DNA of 64,000 bases from Desulfobulbaceae bacterium DB1 (lineage in GTDB: Bacteria > Desulfobacterota > Desulfobulbia > Desulfobulbales > SURF-16): positions 11,614 through 75,613 of the forward strand of contig MQUF01000009.1 of NCBI GenBank assembly GCA_001914235.1, written 5' to 3'. Numbering within the stretch: position 1 is the first letter of the stretch; each line of letters opens with the position of its first letter. Both the position numbers and the translations under genes were made by a program. Under the pieces are notes generated by a model that ran no database searches, was not told where the DNA came from, and saw nothing but the letters and a program-made list of their open reading frames with translations. Shown piece by piece: positions 58,295-64,000 of the stretch.

Positions 58295-61291
58295 ATGATA
58301 AATCCGTCCCGCTCCGTTCCGTGGTACCGTTCGCTGCGATTCCGACTGGTGGCGGCCGCCCTTGCCATCGAGTTCGTCATGCTCACCCTGCTGCTCGCCA
58401 ACAGCTTCCGCCTGCTGAACGAGGCGGTGGAATTCCAGGCCAAGGCGCGTCTTGAGTCGCTTTCCCCCCTGCTCGATGCCGCCCTTGCCGGTCGCGTCTT
58501 TCAACGCGATCACGCCGAGGTGGCGGCAATTATCAAACGATTGACCACCTCGGAACGTGCCGAAATCCGTTACATTACCGTGCTTGATCCTGACGGCGAA
58601 GTCATTGCCGCCGCCGGCTCTTATGACCAGGCAGCCCTTCCCGATATCGACTCGCAAGTTGCCGACGCACTGACCGACCTCACCTACGACACCCGTCTTC
58701 CCTTGACCATCATCGACACCGAGGTCGGCGCGGTGCACTTTGGTATTTCCCTTGCCTCCCTGGTGGCCACCCAGCACCGGGTGACGAGAGAGGGTGTCAT
58801 CATCGCCGCGGTGGAGATTCTGCTCAGTCTGCTGCTGCTTGTCTTCGGCGGCTACCTCATCACTCGCCACATCCGCGCGCTGACGGAAGGGACGCGCCGG
58901 GTGGCACAAGGCGATTACGGTTCGAAGATTCTCATTCCCGGCCACGACGAAATCAGTGTGCTCGCCGCCGACTTCAACAGCATGGCGGCTTCTGTCGCCC
59001 ACCATATCAACGATCTCCGGACCAGCGAGATGCGGTTTGCCGCCATCTTTAATGCGGTGGGCGAGGCCATTTTTGTTCATGATGCTGCGACCGGCGAGAT
59101 CCTTGACGTGAATCAGCGGATGTGCGAGATGTACGGATACACCAGGGAAGAGGCGCTGCGCTGCGACATCGGCACGGTCAGCGCCAATTTTCCGCCGTAT
59201 ACGATGGACGATGCGCTTGCCAGAAACAAGACGGTCATGGCCGGTACACCGCAGACCTTTGACTGGCTTTGCCGCGCAAAAGACGGACGGCTCTTCTGGG
59301 CCGAGATCAGCCTGCGGGCAGCCAGAATCGGCGATGACGACCGCCTTATTGCGGTCGTGCGCGATATCAGTGAGCGCAAAAAGTCGGAAGAGGAAAAAAA
59401 TACGGCCATTGCCCGTTTCCGGACGCTGGTGGACAGTCTGGAAGCCCTTGTCTATGTTGCCGACATGGAAACCTATGAGCTGCTTTTTATCAATGAATAC
59501 GGCCGGCAAGTGTGGGGAGACGTCACCGGCAAGATCTGCTGGCAGGCACTGCAGGTCGGTCAAAATGGACCATGTTCCTTCTGCACCAACGAAAAACTGC
59601 TGGATGCCGAGGGCAACTCCACCGGCACCTGTGTCACCCTGATACACAACACGGCGACCAGGGAATGGTACGAATGCCGTGATCAGGCCATCCAGTGGAC
59701 GGACGGCCGCATGGTTCGCATGGAAATCGCCATCAATATTACCCGGCGCAAGGCGGCGGAAGATGAGCTGGCGGCGGAAAAAGAACGCCTGGCCGTCACC
59801 CTGCGCAGCATCGGCGACGGGGTTATTACCACCGACACGGACGGCAGGATCGTTTTGCTCAATACCGTGGCGGAAAACATGACCGGCTGGCAACAGCGCG
59901 AGGCGCTAGGGAAACCGCTCTCGGAAGTATTTACCATTGTCCATGAGCAGACCCGTGTTCCCTGTGAAAATCCGGTGGACAAGGTGATGGCCTCCGGCCG
60001 GATCACTGGGTTGGCCAATCATACCGTCCTCATCGCCCGCAACGGCAGTGAACGCAAAATAGCAGACAGCGGCGCACCGATTCGTGACAAGGACGGGGGA
60101 ATTATCGGGGTGGTCCTCGTTTTCCGTGACGTCACCGAAAAACAGCGCATGGAAGAAGAGCTGCTGAAAATAAAAAAACTGGAGTCGGTGGGGCTGTTGG
60201 CCGGCGGCATTGCCCATGATTTCAACAATATCCTGGCCGCCATTATGGGCAATATCAATCTGGCCCTGCACGACGGCGGCCTGGACGACGCTACCCGCAA
60301 ACTGCTGAGCAATGCGGAAAAGGCCTCGGCCCGCGCCAAGGGTCTTACCCTGCAGTTGCTCACCTTTTCCAAAGGAGGCGAGCCTGTCAAGGAAACGGCC
60401 TCAATCGCTGAAATTATCCGGGAGTCGGCCGAATTTGTTCTGCACGGCAGCAACGTTGCCTGCCGGTATTTCATGCCGGATGATCTCTGGCTTGTCGATA
60501 TTGATAAAGGTCAGATGAGTCAGGTCATCCAGAACATCATCATCAACGCCAAACATGCCATGCCGACAGGCGGCATCATCCAGGTCAGCTGTGAAAATTT
60601 CGTGTCCGGGGAAAACGCGGGCAGTACCCTGCCCGGTAAAAAACATTTCATTAAAATCATTATCCGTGACAGCGGCATCGGTATTCCGGTAAACCTCATT
60701 GATAAGATTTTTGATCCTTATTTCAGCACGAAAAAGGAAGGAAGCGGTCTCGGGCTCGCCATCAGCCATTCCATCATCAGTAAGCATAACGGTTCGATAT
60801 CCGTGCAGTCACAACCAGGGGAAGGAACAGCCTTTACCATTTATCTCCCTGCCTCAACCAGGGAAAAGGAAATGAAAAGCACATGTGAAATATTGGACAT
60901 GAGCGGCGGCAAGGGGAGAATCATGATCATGGATGATGAGGAAATGGTCAGGGATGTCACTCGGGCCATGCTCGCGAGTCTTGGCCATGAAGTTGTTCTT
61001 GCCCGGCACGGGGAGGAAGCGGTCGACTTATTCAAAAAACACGGTGACTGCGGGGAACCGATTGATATTATCATCATGGACTTGACTATCCCGGGCGGCA
61101 TGGGAGGAAAAGATGCCGTCAAAGCGATCCATGCAATCAATCCCAAGGCAAAGGTTGTCGTTTCCAGCGGCTATTCCAATGACCCGATTATGGCGCATTG
61201 CCGGGACTATGGTTTTGTTGCGGCTATCGTCAAACCGTTTCAGCTGCAGGATATTTCAAAAATTATCAATCAATTGCTGAAAGAAAGATAA
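58295..61291 (+). CDS. Hybrid sensor histidine kinase (TM, HAMP, three PAS, HisKA, HATPase, REC)
   Basis: The ATG at 58295 lies 1 nt after the upstream stop; the tracked ORF begins at a TTG at 58277. H-box GIAHDFNNIL, G-box GSGLGLAISH, and a C-terminal receiver (IMIMDDEE...IIIMDLTIPGGMGG). One PAS carries C-x13-C-x2-C. Confidence 0.85.
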   Translation: MINPSRSVPWYRSLRFRLVAAALAIEFVMLTLLLANSFRLLNEAVEFQAKARLESLSPLLDAALAGRVFQRDHAEVAAIIKRLTTSERAEIRYITVLDPDGEVIAAAGSYDQAALPDIDSQVADALTDLTYDTRLPLTIIDTEVGAVHFGISLASLVATQHRVTREGVIIAAVEILLSLLLLVFGGYLITRHIRALTEGTRRVAQGDYGSKILIPGHDEISVLAADFNSMAASVAHHINDLRTSEMRFAAIFNAVGEAIFVHDAATGEILDVNQRMCEMYGYTREEALRCDIGTVSANFPPYTMDDALARNKTVMAGTPQTFDWLCRAKDGRLFWAEISLRAARIGDDDRLIAVVRDISERKKSEEEKNTAIARFRTLVDSLEALVYVADMETYELLFINEYGRQVWGDVTGKICWQALQVGQNGPCSFCTNEKLLDAEGNSTGTCVTLIHNTATREWYECRDQAIQWTDGRMVRMEIAINITRRKAAEDELAAEKERLAVTLRSIGDGVITTDTDGRIVLLNTVAENMTGWQQREALGKPLSEVFTIVHEQTRVPCENPVDKVMASGRITGLANHTVLIARNGSERKIADSGAPIRDKDGGIIGVVLVFRDVTEKQRMEEELLKIKKLESVGLLAGGIAHDFNNILAAIMGNINLALHDGGLDDATRKLLSNAEKASARAKGLTLQLLTFSKGGEPVKETASIAEIIRESAEFVLHGSNVACRYFMPDDLWLVDIDKGQMSQVIQNIIINAKHAMPTGGIIQVSCENFVSGENAGSTLPGKKHFIKIIIRDSGIGIPVNLIDKIFDPYFSTKKEGSGLGLAISHSIISKHNGSISVQSQPGEGTAFTIYLPASTREKEMKSTCEILDMSGGKGRIMIMDDEEMVRDVTRAMLASLGHEVVLARHGEEAVDLFKKHGDCGEPIDIIIMDLTIPGGMGGKDAVKAIHAINPKAKVVVSSGYSNDPIMAHCRDYGFVAAIVKPFQLQDISKIINQLLKER

Positions 61292-61351
61292 TCCCGTTTC
61301 CGGTATTCGCCCTGATGCCGGAAAATCAAAACACCGTTATGCCGAAGACCA

Positions 61352-62059
61352 TTATTGCTTCTTGGCGCCTGTGTCGGCCATGATCGAATCGGAAATGATG
61401 CTGCCGTCCCGCATCGTGAGGACTCTCTGCGCTTTTTGGATGATGGCGGGATCGTGGGAAGAGAAGACAAAGGTGGTATTGTGACTCCTGTTTATCTGCC
61501 GAAGCAGATCAAACAAGGATTCTCCCGTATGGGAATCAAGATTCGCGGTCGGTTCATCGGCAAGGATAATGGCGGGGCGACCGGCAAGGGCCCTGGCGAC
61601 AGCCACCCTTTGTTGCTGTCCGCCGCTCATCTCTCCGGGGGTTTTCTCCATCATGCCGGCTAACCCGACTTTTTCCAGCACTTCTTTAACCCGCTGATGT
61701 CGTGCCTGTTTTTCCATCCCCTGGAGGAGTAAAACATATTCAATATTTTCAAAGGCGCTTAAAACCGGTATCAAATTAAATGTCTGAAAAATAAAGCCGA
61801 AAGTAAAACGACGCAGCATGGCGAGCTGTCTTCGTCCCATATCATTCACGCTTTGACCTTTTATGCGCAGCATGCCGGAAGAAGGCCGGTCTATGCAACC
61901 CATCAGATTAAGCAGGGTGGTTTTACCGGATCCCGATGGCCCTGCCAGGCAGACAAATTCTCCCTCCCCTATCTCAAGATTCGTCTGATGCAGGGCATGG
62001 ACCGGCAGACCCCGATCATCATAGGTTTTGGAAATTCGTTGCAAGTCGATAAAAACCAT
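61352..62059 (-). CDS. ABC transporter ATP-binding protein (LolD/MacB-type)
   Basis: Walker A GPSGSGKTT, signature MSGGQQQRVAVARAL and Walker B IILADEPT. Confidence 0.9.
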   Translation of the reverse strand: MVFIDLQRISKTYDDRGLPVHALHQTNLEIGEGEFVCLAGPSGSGKTTLLNLMGCIDRPSSGMLRIKGQSVNDMGRRQLAMLRRFTFGFIFQTFNLIPVLSAFENIEYVLLLQGMEKQARHQRVKEVLEKVGLAGMMEKTPGEMSGGQQQRVAVARALAGRPAIILADEPTANLDSHTGESLFDLLRQINRSHNTTFVFSSHDPAIIQKAQRVLTMRDGSIISDSIMADTGAKKQ

Positions 62060-62065
62060 GATCCA

Positions 62066-63289
62066 TCACGTATGGGCAATGGCCTTGACCGGGTCAAGGC
62101 GGGATGCTTTCCAGGCCGGGTAAATCCCAGCCAGGACAGCGGTGACGAGGGTAATGAAAACGGCGCGAAGAAGGTCACCCGGCAGCAGATATGCCTTCAG
62201 CACATGATCCTCGGCAAAATACTGGTTACTGCTGATAAAACTGGAAAGGTCGAGTCCGTAACGTGACAGCCATGTACAGGCGATCGTTCCGGCGAGCGTG
62301 CCGACCAGGACGGCTATCAAACCGAGAAAAAAAGATTCCAGCACCACAATGGTGACGATTCCGCCGGGTGTGGTGCCGATGGCGGTCATGGTGCCGAATT
62401 CCCGGAATCGTTCAAAGATGGCGGTTGTCATGGTATTGGCAATGCCCATGGCGACAATTGCAAAAACGATGAAAACAAGCAGCCCCATGGTGGCGTCATT
62501 TAATTCTATAAGTTGTTTCAGATCAGGGATGATGACCTGCCAGGCGCGGACCTGGAAAAGTTCCGGATTCAGTCGTTGCCGGAGTTTGCCGGCGATGGAT
62601 TCGACTGCGTCATGATCCGTTTGCAGGGCGATTTCCGTTATGACGTTACTTGCCTCAAGCATGCTCTGGGCCGTTGCCAGATCCGTATAAATATGATTCC
62701 GGTCAAAAGATGCTGATTTCGTGCGAAAGATCCCGCCGACCGGCAACCTGCGGGTCACCGGTTTTCCATACATGCTCTGCGCCATGAGCATGACCGAATC
62801 GCCCACCCCCACTTCAAGACTTGCAGCCAGCGTTTCACCGATAAAAAGCGTGCCGGGATTTTTCAGATAACTGCCCGCGACTGTTTTTGCTCCGATGAAT
62901 GTGATCTGCTTTTCCTGTTCGGGTCGTATCCCGGAAAGCAATACCGACGAACTTTTTCTGCCGGCCAGAAGCAGAGCCGGGGTTTTCAGCCGTTCCGCAG
63001 AGGGATGAAAACCATCTTTCGCCAGAATTGCCGTCAGCTCCTCATGCTGCTCGATCGGCTGCAGCACGGCGATATTGGCTTCATAGCCTTTGGCGTGAAT
63101 CTGGATGGTGCCGGGGTCAAGGTTGAGGGTGCTGTGCATCATCTCTCGATGCAGCCCGACTTTCAATGCCTGGAAAACTATAAGGCAGAAAAGCCCGAAG
63201 GAAATGGCCAGCACGGCAAGCAGTGAACGCCTGAAATTGCGCCGGATGTTGCGCAAACCGATCAGGCTGTAAATGACCAGCATTTTCAT
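62066..63289 (-). CDS. FtsX/LolC-family ABC transporter permease
   Basis: 407 aa. An N-terminal TM helix, a large periplasmic loop and three C-terminal TM helices ending in YPAWKASRLDPVKAI. Confidence 0.85.
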   Translation of the reverse strand: MKMLVIYSLIGLRNIRRNFRRSLLAVLAISFGLFCLIVFQALKVGLHREMMHSTLNLDPGTIQIHAKGYEANIAVLQPIEQHEELTAILAKDGFHPSAERLKTPALLLAGRKSSSVLLSGIRPEQEKQITFIGAKTVAGSYLKNPGTLFIGETLAASLEVGVGDSVMLMAQSMYGKPVTRRLPVGGIFRTKSASFDRNHIYTDLATAQSMLEASNVITEIALQTDHDAVESIAGKLRQRLNPELFQVRAWQVIIPDLKQLIELNDATMGLLVFIVFAIVAMGIANTMTTAIFERFREFGTMTAIGTTPGGIVTIVVLESFFLGLIAVLVGTLAGTIACTWLSRYGLDLSSFISSNQYFAEDHVLKAYLLPGDLLRAVFITLVTAVLAGIYPAWKASRLDPVKAIAHT

Positions 63290-63966
63290 CCTGCCGTGCT
63301 GTCCCTCGGTTTTTCCGCGGTGAAGAAAGAAACCATGTTGTAAACCTGTTCTTGCTTTTGGACGTGGATAAAACCGGCATCCCGCATCAATTCCGGCAGA
63401 TGTCCCCTGAGATTGTCTTCAAGTTCGGGCTGCAGCAGGAGATAGCGGGAAAGCCAGCCAACCATGACGGTAAACAGGCCGACAGGTTTGTCGATGTCGG
63501 CGGTAAGCAGCCTGCCGCCCGGCTTTAATACCCGCAGCATTTCCCGGAAGGCCCTTCGCTTCAGTTCGGTATCGATATGATGGGTAAACATGGAGTTGAC
63601 CACCCAATCAAAGCATTGATCATCAAAATCAAGCCTTTCAGCGATTCCGACCTGAAAAGAAATCGGCATACCGTGATGCCTGCCTGCTTTCTTGGCGGCG
63701 ATGGTTATCATGCGTGGAGCCGCATCAATACCCACGATTATACCCCTGTCATCACTGGAGAGACGACTGCCGATGAGCAGGGTCAGGCTGCCGGTGCCGC
63801 AGCCGATATCGAGAATATGGTCCGACGGCCTGATATCCATATGGGACAAGGTTTTTTCGCGGAACAATCTCTCCCTGCCGAAAGACAGGTTTTCTATCAG
63901 CGGATCATAGAGATAGGCGACATGATTAAGGTGTCTTCCCCTGGTTTGTATCACGGATTTATCCAT
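63286..63966 (-). CDS. Class I SAM-dependent methyltransferase
   Basis: 226 aa with SAM-binding motif I (ILDIGCGTGSLT) and the post-I acidic residue. Has a 4-nt overlap with the downstream permease gene. Confidence 0.8.
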   Translation of the reverse strand: MDKSVIQTRGRHLNHVAYLYDPLIENLSFGRERLFREKTLSHMDIRPSDHILDIGCGTGSLTLLIGSRLSSDDRGIIVGIDAAPRMITIAAKKAGRHHGMPISFQVGIAERLDFDDQCFDWVVNSMFTHHIDTELKRRAFREMLRVLKPGGRLLTADIDKPVGLFTVMVGWLSRYLLLQPELEDNLRGHLPELMRDAGFIHVQKQEQVYNMVSFFTAEKPRDSTAG

Positions 63967-64000
63967 TGTTTCAGGTCAGTGTTTGTTTGATTTCTTTGTC

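Noticed and set aside
58031-59893. A 620-aa minus-strand ORF antisense to the PhnD-like and hybrid kinase genes.
   Set aside because: This is a shadow ORF. The sense strand has clear HAMP/PAS motifs, while the antisense product is Gly/Arg/Asp-rich with no recognisable domain.

Overview
This is a gene-dense 64-kb chromosomal segment with about 57 protein genes. I found no rRNA, tRNA or CRISPR array. The gene content (multiheme cytochromes, PEP-CTERM sorting signal, HD-GYP and PAS signalling, YedF selenium/sulfur genes) suggests a Desulfobacterota (Desulfobulbales-like) anaerobe, but that is inference only. All family assignments were made by eye from motifs; no HMM or BLAST search was run.

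Housekeeping blocks:
- lpxR-like, glgP, pal, skp
- xseB-ispA-dxs-ampG
- xerC-hslVU, tex
- arfB, corA, pgl

Accessory and notable blocks:
1. An orphan two-gene recombination module (1.7-3.4 kb): a Rad52-like annealing protein plus a Cas4-like Fe-S nuclease. The two genes are separated by a compact array of GTCACGTGAC palindromes.
2. A complete N-type (atpDCQRBEFAG) ATPase operon (16.9-23.6 kb). Its c subunit carries a two-carboxylate Na+-type site, and its b subunit has a delta-like C-terminus.
3. Immediately upstream and co-directional with the ATPase: a GH17-GT2 NdvB-like beta-glucan synthase, an MscK-like channel and a PAS kinase/REC-HD-GYP pair. Divergent from these are an OpgB-like transferase and a GH-A-like lipoprotein. 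Together these look like one osmo/salt-adaptation island.
4. One IS200-type element (41.0-41.6 kb), next to orphan genes.
5. A cell-surface cluster (43.5-50.9 kb), which is my top candidate for a previously undescribed system. It is bracketed by two paralogous multiheme cytochromes. It contains an adjacent dockerin protein and PEP-CTERM-anchored cohesin protein, an S8 protease and a parvulin PPIase.
6. A yedF / cysteine desulfurase / DUF3343 trio.
7. A PhnD-like binding protein coupled to a hybrid histidine kinase.
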